Of a DNA stretch of 64,000 bases, positions 1 through 11,821 are shown piece by piece (within the stretch, counting starts at the first letter, position 1; each line of letters opens with the position of its first letter). Both the position numbers and the translations under genes were made by a program. This stretch comes from Chiloscyllium plagiosum. Its lineage: Eukaryota. Under the pieces are notes generated by a model. It made no database searches. It saw only the letters and a list, made by a program, of their open reading frames with translations, and was not told where the DNA came from. The stretch is taken from contig NC_057720.1 in NCBI RefSeq assembly GCF_004010195.1, positions 24,472,414 through 24,536,413 of the forward strand. Reading direction: 5' to 3'.

Positions 1-1100
1 TTGAATTAAATAATTCAGTGAAATGAAGCACTCATTTCTCGTTCCAGCTTTCTTTATTGAGCTGAATAGATCAAACCAAATCAAATCAAATAAGCAATAA
101 TGGTCTCACCCAACTGGTGATCTAGTGAGAGCCCTGCGTCATATCTTTTAGAAAAGACTCCTAAAAATGGACAGCAGCCAACCGTCTCAAAGACCTAAGG
201 TCTTGCCTACCAAGTTCTTCTGGTCAATCAGAACAGCAGTGCCAACAGGGAGGCTTGGAGCCATCAGATTCCAGATCACAGATGTGTAATAATGGGAGAG
301 AGGCCGCAGAGAAGGGCTCACTGGAATGTGTGGGAAGAGGCTGTGTCTCTAGCATTGATTTGGGATTGGCTGTCACAAGGACCACCTTTTCCTTGATCAA
401 GCATGAAGTATTTTAGTACGAGGGACTCTTAGTAGGAATCTAAAAGGAACCTCACTTGTGCTTGTGTGTACTGTGTCCCACTTGGCAAGTTACCCACCCA
501 TCGCTGACTAAAACTAGCGACAACGGTATAAGTGAAAATTAGTTGCCTGTTTAATGCGCTCAGCTGGAGGGGAAGGCTATCCATGATCCTCCTCACCACA
601 GATTTGATTCTAAGGAGCTGGAAGGCTGTGGTGTGCTCCATTAAAATCTCCCAATGTGGGAGCGTATTACAATTCATCCTGAATATCTGAAACATTGATT
701 TACTAGGGCAGAAATCCCCAACCTGCAAGAAGGCAGTGGAAAGGGCAGGAGAGTATTTTTTTTTATCAGACAGGAAGGTGTGTGTGGAAATACCTCCCCT
801 CCCCAATTTTCCTGCAATTACGTCTGGGTTAGGAAGGTTCAAGCCAGCCATCCTGCCTAAAAATCAATGCAAGTGGCCATTTCACCCTGCTATTGCTGGA
901 AGTTACCTAGCCATGGGCAGGGATGTTTATCACATGGTCCTATCACGAGGAAGATCTTGGCAGGTAGGGAGATCCTCCTTCCCAACCACATTGCCAGATT
1001 TGTTTTTAGGTTAGATTAGATTTGATTAGATTCCCTACTGTATGGAAACAGGCCAAAGCATTTGCATGAGGAACCCAGAATAATGACTCATAGACCAGAA

Positions 1101-1155
1101 CTAGCCAACTCGGCTGTTAACCGGAAGGTTGGTGGTTTGAAACTATCCAGAGACA
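1101..1155 (+). pseudogene. tRNA-Asn(GTT) 3' fragment (pseudogene)
   Basis: tcggctGTTaaccggaaggttggtggtttga..ccagagac follows the vertebrate tRNA-Asn anticodon and T arms; 5' acceptor strand absent, TTCG changed to TTTG. Confidence 0.7.
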
Positions 1156-1172
1156 AAGGGCTTCCTTACTTC

Positions 1173-1460
1173 TGGCTGCATTATGGCTCAGTAGGGTGTC
1201 ACAGTGGCTAGCACCGCTGCCTCACAGCGCCAGTGTTCTGGATTTGATTCCAGCCTTGGGTGACTGAGTGGAGTTTGCACATTCTCCCCATGTCTGCGTG
1301 GATATCTGCTAGATATTCCAGTTTCCTCCCACATTCCAACAATGTGTAGGTTAGGTTGATTGGCCATGGAAATATAGGGTTGGGGGATGGGTCTGGGTGG
1401 GATGCTCTTCTGAGGATTGGTGTGGACCAGTTGGGTCGAATGGTCTGTCTCTACACTGCT
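1173..1460 (+). mobile_element. HE1-type tRNA-derived SINE
   Basis: tagcaccgctgcctcacagcgcc head, gtggagtttgcacattctcccc V-domain-like core, CR1-like tail. Confidence 0.8.
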
Positions 1461-1723
1461 TAAAAAAAAACTACTGTATTTTTTCTTGGGATTCCATCAT
1501 TGATGTAAGTAGCAGTGCAATACTGTATGCGCCCACTGGGGATACTAGAGACCTGACTGTCTAATTTGCCAGCAGCGCTTGGGGTCAGAAAATTTAACCT
1601 TGCACCAGGATTTTGGGGGGAATTTTCCTAGCATTAGAAATAGGAAGTTTAAGATTAGGAAGTGAAGTCTGATTGAGACTTAATACAGCAGATAATTCCT
1701 GGAAATGGCAGGATGATATGACT

Positions 1724-1918
1724 AGGAGAAAGTGAGGACTGCAGATGCTGGAGATCAGAATCGAGAATGTGATGCTGGAAAAAGGACAGCAGGTCAGGCA
1801 GCATCCGAGAAGCAGGCGAATCAACGTTTTGGGCAAAAACCCTTCATCAGGAATGTCGATCCTCCTGCTCCTTGGATGCTGCACGACGTGCTGTGCTTTT
1901 CCAGCACCACACTCTCGA
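1724..1918. mobile_element. Short Penelope pLTR-derived element, inverted (palindromic) arrangement
   Basis: Minus-strand copy of the 13210-13300 Penelope terminus followed by a plus-strand copy; decayed hammerhead-like motif at 1821-1854 (-). Confidence 0.75.
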
Positions 1919-1924
1919 GCATAA

Positions 1925-2338
1925 TAGGACTGTCCTGTGAAGAGTGATTGAGAAATTTGGCTTGTGTTCTCCAGAGTTAAGAATAAGAAAAGGTCTTATA
2001 GAAACCGACAAATTTCTAAAAGGGATAGACAAGATAGATAATGTTTTCGCTGTCTATGGAGTCTAGAATCAGGTGACACAGTCTCAGAATCACAGGTTAT
2101 GACTGAGATGTGGAGAAATTTTGTCACTCAAAGGGCGGTAAACTTTGGAATTCTCAATCCCAGCCATCTTTGGAAGCACAGTCAGTAATTAACTTCAAGG
2201 CAGAGATTAACAGATTTCTCGTTAACAATGACATCAAGAGGTGTAGGAATGGTGCAGGAAAATAGCACTGAGTTGCTGATGAGCCATGGTCTGAATAGTG
2301 GAGCAGGTTCAAGGGGCTAAATGGCTCCTGTTCTTATG
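1925..2338 (+). mobile_element. CR1/HER1 LINE 3' fragment
   Basis: Degraded RT C-terminus and 3'UTR ending aatggctcctgttcttatg. Confidence 0.7.
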
Positions 2339-2874
2339 AAAATGGGATAGCACTTTCACCTGTTTCCATCCAGTGAACAGACTGCTCCCTGTGACCATTA
2401 AATTCCATTCCTTATCTAAACAAATATTAGGTGTAAGGAGAACTAACCATAATAGGCCCAGTACCAGTGGCAACGCCAGCAAAGGGACAGAAGTAACCCT
2501 AGAACAAAGAAACAAGAGCAAGAGTACCCCATCTGGTACTTCACTAATGCTCCATTGTTTAATATGAATATGGCTAATGGTTTGCCTCAACTCCATCTTC
2601 TTGCATTATCTTCATATAACTTAATTTGCTTTAATACTGAAAAATATACCAACTATTCGGCCACTCATTGCTCTTCTATTAGGTAATGCTAATACGTACT
2701 TCATTTATTTGTGTTTCCACCTAAACTTGTTTTTATGCAAAAGTATCAATCAATCCTGGTTCTGAAAATTTTATTTGATCCATAACCCACAGTCTTATGT
2801 GGAGAATATCCTTGGTTTTTGCTACTACAAATATTAGAATCAGTTCCGAGATGCATTAACATCACTGTTAAGGT

Positions 2875-3037
2875 CTAGATTAGAGTGGTGCTGGAAAAGC
2901 ACAGCAGGTCAGGCAGCATCCGAGATGCCCAAAATGTCAATTTTCCTGCTCCTTGGATGCTGCCTGACCTGCTGTTCTTTTCCAGTACCACTCTAATCTA
3001 GACTCTGATTTCCAGCATATGCAGTCCTCACTTTTGC
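2875..3037. mobile_element. Short Penelope-derived palindromic element with 15-bp TSD
   Basis: Inverted arms; catcactgttaaggt repeated at 2860-2874 and 3038-3052. Confidence 0.8.
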
Positions 3038-3322
3038 CATCACTGTTAAGGTGTTGACATAGGCTCAAAGTAACCCTCTTGCCTGAGTCAGACATTCAAA
3101 TCCTCCACACCAATAATAGTGCAAAAAATAATGAAGCTGTGTTTTGCCTTGTGCAGGATCCAGAAAAATAATTTGTCACATGGATACGATAACAACAATT
3201 AACAAATGGGTACTGTAGAGAGCTTCACTGGTCTCCTGAGTTGTGTTGTATCTCATTGTTTTTGAAGTGTTGACTCTTTCTTTCACTTTTCTAAATTACT
3301 TTTCATCGAAGATCGAAGAAGA

Positions 3323-3614
3323 ACTAGTGGGCATAGGTTATGGGTGAGATGGGGAAGATATTAAAGGGACCTAAGGGGCACCTTTTTCACACAGAGGGTG
3401 GTACGTGTATGGAATGAGCTGCCAGACGAAGTGGTGGAGGCTGGCACAATTGCAACATTTAAAAGACATCTGGATGGGTATATGAATAAGAAGAATTTAG
3501 AGGGATATTGGCCAGGTGCTGGCAGGTGGGACTAGATTGGTTTGGAATATCTGTTCGGCATGGACTGGTTAGACCGAAGGGTCTGTTTCCATGCTGTACA
3601 TCTCTATGACTCTA
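3323..3614 (+). mobile_element. CR1/HER1 LINE 3' end
   Basis: ttcacacagagggtgg..tggaatgagctgcc..ctctatgactcta tail. Confidence 0.85.
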
Positions 3615-3619
3615 TTTGT

Positions 3620-3905
3620 TGGTTCAAGTCCTGCTCTGATGACGAGGAAATAATTCTAGTTACGTTTTAGTGGAATACTATGGGAGTCCTGTGTTACTGA
3701 AAGAGCCATCTTGCAGATGAGGCATTAAACCAAGTCCAATTTGCACATTCAGGTGAAGATAAAAGACAATGACATTATTTTAGAGACACAGGAATGCTCT
3801 TCACAGTGGCCTACCTAATATTTATTTTTCAACCACTATCTGAAAGTGTTTTCAATATTATAGTAGTGTGTGCTTAAAAAGCAGTAAATTGGCCGTAATG
3901 CACAG
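3620..3905 (+). mobile_element. Old Deu-domain SINE (SacSINE1-like)
   Basis: B-box ggttcaagtcc, then gatgaggcattaaacc..caggtgaagataaaaga..aatatttattttt Deu-like core; similar to the split copy at 10268-11270. Confidence 0.6.
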
Positions 3906-4879
3906 AGATCATAAAAGTTCTGATAGTATTGCACATCTGTCTATTTTCTCTTTTCTTTATTTATCCAAATCAATTCAGAAAGTATTGTTGTTGTATTTGC
4001 CAAATGCCCTTTCACTTGTTAATTTTTTTTACTCTGAAGATGGTGAGATTCTCAAAGTTTAAAAGTCTTTGCAAATTAAGCAATAAAACCTTCCATTATT
4101 GGATATCTATTTTGATCTGCTTTTTTTAAATGCTGTACATCCGATGAAGAGGTATAAGGCAAGATGTTTACACAGAGTGAGCTAAATGCATAGAACTCTT
4201 CTCTGTCCTTGCATACGTTAAAATTGGACAAAATCTTCTGCAGTATCCTGAAGATGGACTTTGAGATGCGTTTTGGGGTGGGAAGATATGATGCAGCAGG
4301 ACTTGTGATAATTGCATCTGGCCAACCTTGCATTGTGCTTCCATTCTCTAGCTGTTGTTCCAGAGTCAATTTCTCTACAGTGATAGCACCTTGCCCACAG
4401 CGGGGTGAAGCCAATTAAACCACATGTTGGAGAAAGTCAATAAGATAAACTTTCACAGGCAGCCAAGAGACAACCAGAAGCTAACAGAAGATGAATCTAT
4501 AGCAGGGATCTTGATAATTAACTTTAATTTGGTGAAAATGGGAAGCCTGTGGCCAACAGCAGACTATTGCAGAAGTTTTAACATGGTTATTGCTGCCATT
4601 GACAGTATTAATGTTAAACAAAATGTTTCCAGCCTCTCCTCATTTCTTCAGCCTCAGCCACAATAAAGGCCTCCAGGAGGTGGCCCTCACATCTTGACTT
4701 CTGATGGGATCTTGCAGCACTGAACTTGGCCTCTGCTCATTAATAACCATTTTCCAAAAGATTTCACAAGTGGGCACACTGCTGATACAGGCAAGATAGG
4801 GCCTAGAAATGCTAAGAACATTGTGCCTACACCTACATCATACGGTTTGCAGTGGTTTAAAGAAAAATCAGACCACCAC

Positions 4880-4982
4880 TTTGATTTGATTTGATTTATT
4901 ATTGTCACATGTACTGATATACAGTGAAAAGTATTGTTTTGCATGCTAACTAGCCAAACCCCATACGTTACATAAGTACATC
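4880..4982 (-). mobile_element. Rex1-like LINE 3' tail nested in another LINE tail
   Basis: (ttgat)n tail then tttattattgtcacatgtac..acagtgaaaagtattg. Confidence 0.5.
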
Positions 4983-5307
4983 ATTACAAAAATATTTTTG
5001 AAGGGAAATTATGGATAAATAATGGTTGAGCCAGAAATATCGATATAACTATATGAACAAATATACTTTAAAAATGGTCCTGAATCCTAAAATATTGTGA
5101 ATTGCAAAAGTTTTTTACCTCCTTGTCTAGACAACGAACATATGTTAACATGGATACATTGAAAATGGAATTAATACGTTACCAATATATTGCATTCATT
5201 TGCAAACAAATCCAAGTGTTCTAAATAGGTTTTTTTAAATAGTTCCTCTCTCTTCTCAATCTTTGTCATTCAAGTTATTTAATGGTCTCCTATTCCTTCA
5301 TTTTCAG

Positions 5308-5442
5308 GTGCGAAGTGTAGAATCTATTGTCAAACATTTTAAGACTGATTTGTACAACTGTATAGCATTTATTCAGGAACCAAAGAAATTGAAAGATAGT
5401 GTGCGGCAACTCTATGAGAAATATGTGCCACAGTCAGAAGTG
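5308..5442 (+). CDS. CFAP57: CFAP57 (WDR65) internal coding exon, C-terminal coiled-coil region
   Basis: ttttcag acceptor, gtaagt donor; 135 nt, phase 0/0; VRSVESIVKHFKTDLYNCIAFIQEPKKLKDSVRQLYEKYVPQSEV resembles the recalled human segment FKTDLHNCVAYIQEP..FEKYV. Confidence 0.92.
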
Positions 5443-5944
5443 GTAAGTTTCTTCGGCTACAACATTTGCTTACCTGTGAGATCACTTGGTATCAAAGAGA
5501 AATTTATCCCCTTTACTTTCTCAAATAATGTAACTGTTGAAACTCCACTCCATCACAAAGAGAAATGACTCCTAGACAAATATGATGAAACTTGTTTCTC
5601 CTGTTGTGAGGATCACAAGGTTATTAGCTCATTAGCTAACCCTAACTCTATTGTGAAACAATTAGATTTGACAAACCTCTTTCTGTTATATTATTTTCTC
5701 TTATGCACCTCAATTACTTCTGATAAGTGCCATGTATTTATCCATGGCCCAATTCAAGCCATGAAAAGAAGATCAATCTGATTTTCTGTAAGATTTACTA
5801 TTTGTGTTTAATGAATAAAAGTTACCTATAGAGGATTTTCAGTTAATTTTATTTCTCCACAACACCTGCTACCTTAAAACTGTCATTAACTTTGCAGTTA
5901 GAAGTTTAAGCAGTGATGTGTGTGCTGCTATACAATGGCATTGG

Positions 5945-6703
5945 TGTGATGAAGCTGCTCCTTTAACAAGGTTTGGATGGGTATATGAATAGGAAGGCTT
6001 TGGAGGGATATGGGCCAGGTGCTGGCAGGTGGGACTAGATTGGGTTGGGATACCTGGTCGGCATGGACAGGTTGGACCTAAGGGTCTGTTTCCATGTTGT
6101 ACATCTCTATGACTCTAAGGTAATGTAATCCTTGGCTTTTTTTCAGAGAGGTCGTAAATGACACAGACTCCGAATTTAGGGCCAATTTGATAATAGCAAA
6201 CAGATGGTGCCTCAAGCAGAAGCCTTTCAAGTTTTAAAAAAAAGAACACTTATACAATGAAAGGGGAGTGGCCAGTTCTCCCAGCACAGCTTTTCTCTGG
6301 TTTGGTTTTTTTTTTGCTGTAGTGTGGAAATGCTGCTGGACCCAAAGAAACAGATGCATGTTGATCTTTCTCTCACTTCTCTTCTGTAAGACCCTGTGTT
6401 TGATTTTACCTTTTGTGCCAAGGAGTGTTATGGGGATTGTTGCAAGTATTTGAAACAGCCTCACTGAGTTGGGATTGTCTGTTGGGTTTTCGGATAGGAT
6501 AAGATATTCAGTATTCTGTTCTCTTTTGTTTGTGTTTCTTTTGGTAATATTGTAAATAAATTCTGTTTTGTTTAAAACTAAGTGGGTTGACCAGTTGCAT
6601 TACTCCTGGAATATCAGTGTTACGCCTACTTAAACAACGAGCAAGGTTAGGGTCTGGACTACTTTCTTGGAATGTTTTGAGGGGGTCTGGCCTGGGCCAT
6701 ACA
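5945..6703 (+). mobile_element. Solo LTR (Gypsy-like) with 4-bp TSD
   Basis: TG...CA termini, TTGG on both sides (5941-5944, 6704-6707), internal AATAAA near 6556; interrupted by a CR1 tail. Confidence 0.7.
5973..6116 (+). mobile_element. CR1/HER1 3' tail inserted in the solo LTR
   Basis: Near-identical to 3470-3614; aaggt repeated at 5968-5972 and 6117-6121. Confidence 0.85.
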
Positions 6704-7614
6704 TTGGTTAAAGATTGTTTCAGAAGCCATAAATTTGCATATTAGTTGAAACACAGTTATTGAAAACAATTTGTCACAACTATATGAGGAGGGCTCCCTG
6801 CCCCCATCTTTTTTCACATTTCTCATTCAGCTACAACATTGTTTTCTTTGATTTGCACATAGCTATAATACTTTAATGAAACTTAGTTATCCAGATCAAA
6901 AATCAAGGACAGCCAACCGCAAGAGTTTCTTGGGTGAAAGAGAGAGGAGTATTATTACCTACTACCACCCCAAAAAAATTAAACTATGATATAAATACAT
7001 ATAAAATCATGTAATAAGCATATAAAGAAGGGATGCTTTGTAGGAATGTCTAGTGCTGACAGGAAGGTGAAGACAAATTCAATTACAATTCCTAAGAGTC
7101 CTTTGGGTTGCAGGAATTAAAAGACATAAATTCACCTGTTTAGCTGCTGTCTTGTTTCATCAAAAATTCAAAGCATCACATGTTTTGGAATTCTTAGTGA
7201 ATGAATGAAATTCCAAGTTTCTTTTCATCAGTAGCAATCTGATATTGAGAGGAGAGCTTCCAGCATCTTTGCACTTAGCGTTCATGTTGCTGTTTTTCAG
7301 TTTTGCTCAAAATAAGCTACTGAAGGTGCAGTTTACTTGTATATTCCAAGTGTAGCTTTATTATCTTTTTCAAACTGAATGCTTGCAGGTAACTTTTCAT
7401 CTCTGATACATGAAGTTAACATGCAAGTGTGAGTAAAACTAGAGATGCGAATTTTTGGTTTCAGATCAACTTTAAAATTGTAATTCCAGGGCTGCTGATT
7501 TCATATATTCCATGTGTCTTGCTGGGTCAGGTGATCACAGGAGTCATTTTAGATCAACAGTGTCCTTTTAACACCATGTTTAGTCCATTAAAGTCCAGAT
7601 ATTAAAGCCAAAAG

Positions 7615-7746
7615 GATGTATGAATAGGAAGGGTTTAGAGGGATATGGGCCAAGTGCTGGTAAATGGGATTAAATTAGGTTGGGACATCTAGTCGGCATG
7701 GACAAGTTGGACCAAGGGTCTGTTTCCATGCTGTACATCTCTGATT
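7615..7746 (+). mobile_element. CR1/HER1 3' tail
   Basis: Same tail as 3470-3614. Confidence 0.8.
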
Positions 7747-8008
7747 GTAACACATTTTAAATGATTATGAATGTAAATTCTTATTTCAAATCAGCAAGAT
7801 GTTCCTCCTCTCCAATTTATCATTTATATTGAATACGGTATATTCTATGTTTAAATGGATGTATAAATTTCAGAGAACACCATGCAAGCAGCTATTACTT
7901 GGGAACTGGAGAAGGCTATCTAGCCCATCGACCCGTCTCCACCATTCACTATGATCATGGCTGATGACCAACTTCTGTCTTTTTCCCACACCTTATATCT
8001 TTTATATT

Positions 8009-8285
8009 ATTGGTATTTAAAAATCTGTCAAACTCAACTTTAAATATTCTCAAGGATTGAACTTTACACAGTCCTCAGAGATAGAGAATTCTGAAAGTTC
8101 ACAAAAAAAAAGTGTCCTTCTGTTGCTGCGAGGCAGCAGTGCTAACCACTGTGCCACCGTGCCGCCCACATTGGTATTTAAAAATCTGTCAAACTCAACT
8201 TTAAACATTCTCAAGGATTGAACTTTACACAGTCCTCAGAGATAGAGAATTCTGAAAGTTCACAAAAAAAAGTGTCCTTCTGTTG
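8009..8285. repeat. 117/116-bp direct repeat flanking a 44-bp SINE head
   Basis: 8009-8125 and 8170-8285 differ by one substitution and one A in a homopolymer. Confidence 0.95.
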
Positions 8286-9399
8286 ATCCTTGGTAGCTTT
8301 CTCCTTGTTTTTGAAGTAGTGTCTGTTTATTTTAGACTCCCCAACTGAAGGAAACATTTTACCTGTGTCCACGCTGTCTATCCCTTTAGTGTTTTGTAGG
8401 TTACAATGAGATCACCTCATTCTTTGAAACTCCAGAGAATACAGGCCCCCTTTTATCCAATCTCTCTTCATAGAACAGTCCTACCATCCCAGGATCCAAT
8501 TTGGCCCACTTATTGCAATAATATCCTTCCTAAGATAAGGAAAACTTCATACAATATTTAAGGTGTGGTCTAAACAACTAAAGCAAGATTTTGTTACTCC
8601 TGTACCCCACTTCTTTTGAGATAAGAGGTTTCATGCTATTACGACCTGAAACATCAACTCTCCTGTTCCTCTGATGCTGCTTGACCTGCTGTTCTTTTCC
8701 CAGCTCCACATCGACTTATCATACTATTATCCTATTGCCTGCTGCACCTGCATGTTCAGCTTCAGTAGCTTATTGATAAGTGCATCCAGGCTTCTTGGCA
8801 CTTTCTAACTTCTTACATTGAAGCAAATACTTTACACAAATCTTCTTCCTTTGAAAGCAGATACCCCCTTCCTTACAGCACCTATTCCTATCTAGCTTTG
8901 TGTCATCTGCAAATTTGGAAATCTTACATTTCATCCTCACATCCAATTCATTGATTATATATTGTGACCAGCTGGAGTCTAAGTGCACATCCTTGCAGTA
9001 TCCCATTAGTTACAACTTGCCAGCATTTGAATCATCTATTTGTTCCAACACTCTGTTTTCTGCTTTGGCCCTAATCCTTTATCTATGCTAGTACATTACC
9101 TCCTATCCTTTGTACTTGAATTTTACTTGCCAACTTCCAGTGAGGGATTTTATAAAAGCCTTCTGAAAATTCAAGTGTATTATGTTGATCAACTCTCCTT
9201 TTTAACTTATATTAATAACCTCCTCAAAAAACTTAAACAAACTTGTCAAACATTCACCAATGCTGACTATGACCTATCAAATCATATGTGTTTTTATCAC
9301 ATCTTAAATAATGTGTTCTAGCAAGTTCCCTTCTACTGATGTGAGGCTAGCAGGTCTGTAGTTCCCTACTTTCTCTGTCCCTCCCTTCTTAATTTATGC

Positions 9400-9733
9400 A
9401 ATCTCTACAGTGCAGATAAAGGCCATTCAGTCCATCAAGTCTGCACCAACTCTATGAAGATCATCCCACCCGGAACCACCCTACTCCTGTAACCCTACAT
9501 TTACCATAATCCACCCAGCCTGTATATCCCTGGACACTACCAGGCAACTTACCATGACCAATTCATTTAATTTGCACATTTTTGGACTGTGGGAGGAAAC
9601 CAGAGTACCTGACAGAAACCCACAGACATGGGGAGAACGTGTAAACTCCACACAGTCATTCAAGGCTGGAATCCAACCTGGGTTCCTGGCCCTGTGAGGT
9701 AACATTGCTAAGCACTAAGCCACTGTGTCACCC
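9400..9733 (-). mobile_element. HE1-type SINE
   Basis: Reverse complement of the HE1 head, core and tail. Confidence 0.85.
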
Positions 9734-10066
9734 ATAAATAGTGAATTTAAGTTTACATTTTTAAATAGGTGACATTTGCTGCCTTCCAATCTGCCACAAT
9801 CATTCCAAAATCAATAGAAGTTTGGAAGATAATCCACCAATACATCCACTATCTCCATAGCTACCACTTTTGACAATCTTAAATGTACAATATCATCATG
9901 ACGCAGCGACATAGTAACCTTCAGTCCTAGTAATTTTATCAACATAAATTTCAAACTGATTTCCTTCAATTTCTGGAAGTCAGAGTTTAAATAAATCCAA
10001 TTTACTTGGCACCTCAAATGAATTCACTATTCACCTATATTCAACGCTATTTGTTTTCTTTGCTAG

Positions 10067-10210
10067 TTTGAAATTGCGACTGTTGACTCAAACATTCAGA
10101 AGGAATTTGGACGACAAAGAAACCACTTGGAAAAAAGTATTGCAACATTGCAAAAGAAACTGTTGAAGGACACAGAAATTCACCGTGCTGACAATGTCCA
10201 TATTATGCAG
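10067..10210 (+). CDS. CFAP57: CFAP57 internal coding exon
   Basis: ttctttgctag acceptor, gtaagg donor; 144 nt; FEIATVDSNIQKEFGRQRNHLEKSIATLQKKLLKDTEIHRADNVHIMQ continues the previous exon in frame; resembles human RQREHLERNLATLKKK..RIMQ. Confidence 0.92.
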
Positions 10211-10267
10211 GTAAGGAATTTAGCAACTTGTATTTATGCACCTTCATTGGATCTTCTATCACCTGTA

Positions 10268-11270
10268 ACTCAATGGATAGCTCCCTCACCTTTAGATCAT
10301 AATGCTCCAGGCTAAATTCCCACTCCAGGCCTTGAGCACATTAATCAAGTTTAACTTTCCAATGCTGCAAAAAGGCAGTTCTGCATTGTCAGAAGTTCCA
10401 TCTGTCAGAGGAGACTTTAACCTAATTCTTCTTTTGCTTGGACATATGGATGTATCAGACTCCTTGTCCAACATCCAGTACCAGATGGATGGAAATTACT
10501 TCCAATTAGTTATTAGACAATGTCTTCAGATCTGTCACAAACACAGCTCCCCAGCTATCCTTCTGACACAACTGTGTTTGTATTCATCCTCAAAGTAATC
10601 TTTCAGCTCTTACATGGTGGTAGGGAAATTATTGGAGAAGATTCTTAGGGACAGAATTTACTTGCATTTGGAAAAGAACTTATTAGGGATAATCAGCATG
10701 GCTTTGTGCAGGAGAGGTCTCGTCTCACAAATTTGATTGAGTTTTTTGAGAGTGACAAAGATGATTGCTGAGGGTAGGGCAATGGATGTTGTCTACATGG
10801 ACTTCACTAAAGCATTGAAGATCCCTCATGGTAGGCTGGTCCACAAGATTAGTCACATTGGATATAAAATTGGCTTGGTCATAGAAGACAAATGTAGTTA
10901 TGGAGGTGTGCTTTCTCTCACTGGTGGTCAGTGACTGGTGGTGCTCTGCAAGGGTCAGTGCTGGGACTTCTATTTTTTTACATAGATATATAAGTAATTT
11001 GGATAAAAATGTGGAAGTCTGGCATTTTTAGAGAAGAGCGGGAGAGTTATCCCCCATGTCTTAACCAATACTTATCCCTCAACCTCACAAACACAGAATA
11101 CCTCATCATTGTCACATTGCTGTTTGTGGGAGTTTGTTGTTTGAAATTTAGTGGCTGCATTTCTTACATTAGAACAGTGACTACACTTCACAACTATCTA
11201 ATCAACTGTGAAGCCCCTTGAGATGTCAGGTGGCTGTGAAAAATGCTGCATAAATCTACATTTTTCTTTC
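10268..11270 (+). mobile_element. Deu-domain SINE (SacSINE1-like) split by a CR1 fragment
   Basis: 5' half about 10268-10474, 3' half about 11016-11270 (tatccctcaacc..tcacattgctgtttgtggga); CR1 RT piece (DVVYMDFTKA) in between. Confidence 0.65.
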
Positions 11271-11821
11271 TAATAAACAATTCGTAGGAGAATTGCATGA
11301 TGACGTTCAGCTTTATAAGGAGTTATTAGGGCAGAAATCCAAAAGCTTGTGTAGTGAATTAGGTTTTAACAACACTGAAGAAGAAATGAAAGTCAGAGAA
11401 GTAGGAGAAGTTAGAGAAGTAAGAGAAATTTGGAAAGAGAATTCCAGGAGCTCAGGAACTGGCCAGTAGTATTCATTATCACCAATGGTGCAGCAATTGT
11501 AATCAAGGATTCTCAACAGGCCTGAATTAGAGGAGTTCAGAGATCTCAGACGGTTACAGAAAGAGATTATAGAGATGGGAAAGAACTAGTACATGGCAGG
11601 ATATAAAAACGTGGATGAGATTTTAAAGTCAAGGCATTGCATGTGTATACAGTTGAAATAAGTGAACGGGTTTAGGTGTGTTTTGGATAGTAGGGTTTTG
11701 AGTAACCTCAGGTTTACAGTGGCAAGAACATGGGAGACATGCCATTAGTGCTTTAAAAGAATCAATTTTGGAAGCAACAAAGATAAAAGTTTCAGCAGAA
11801 AATCTAAGACAAGGACAGATA

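Larger units (their letters stand above)
7870..9950 (-). mobile_element. Old degraded CR1 LINE with younger insertions
   Basis: Minus-strand ORF 8770-9006 contains ISKFADDTKL; CR1 3'UTR near 7900; boundaries approximate. Confidence 0.75.

Noticed and set aside
429..1014. 140-aa and 92-aa ORFs
   Set aside because: Non-ATG starts, no recognisable domain, intronic repeat-like sequence.
8009..8285. Repeat-spacer-repeat as a CRISPR-like array
   Set aside because: Only two 117-bp units, the spacer is a SINE fragment, vertebrate context, no cas genes.
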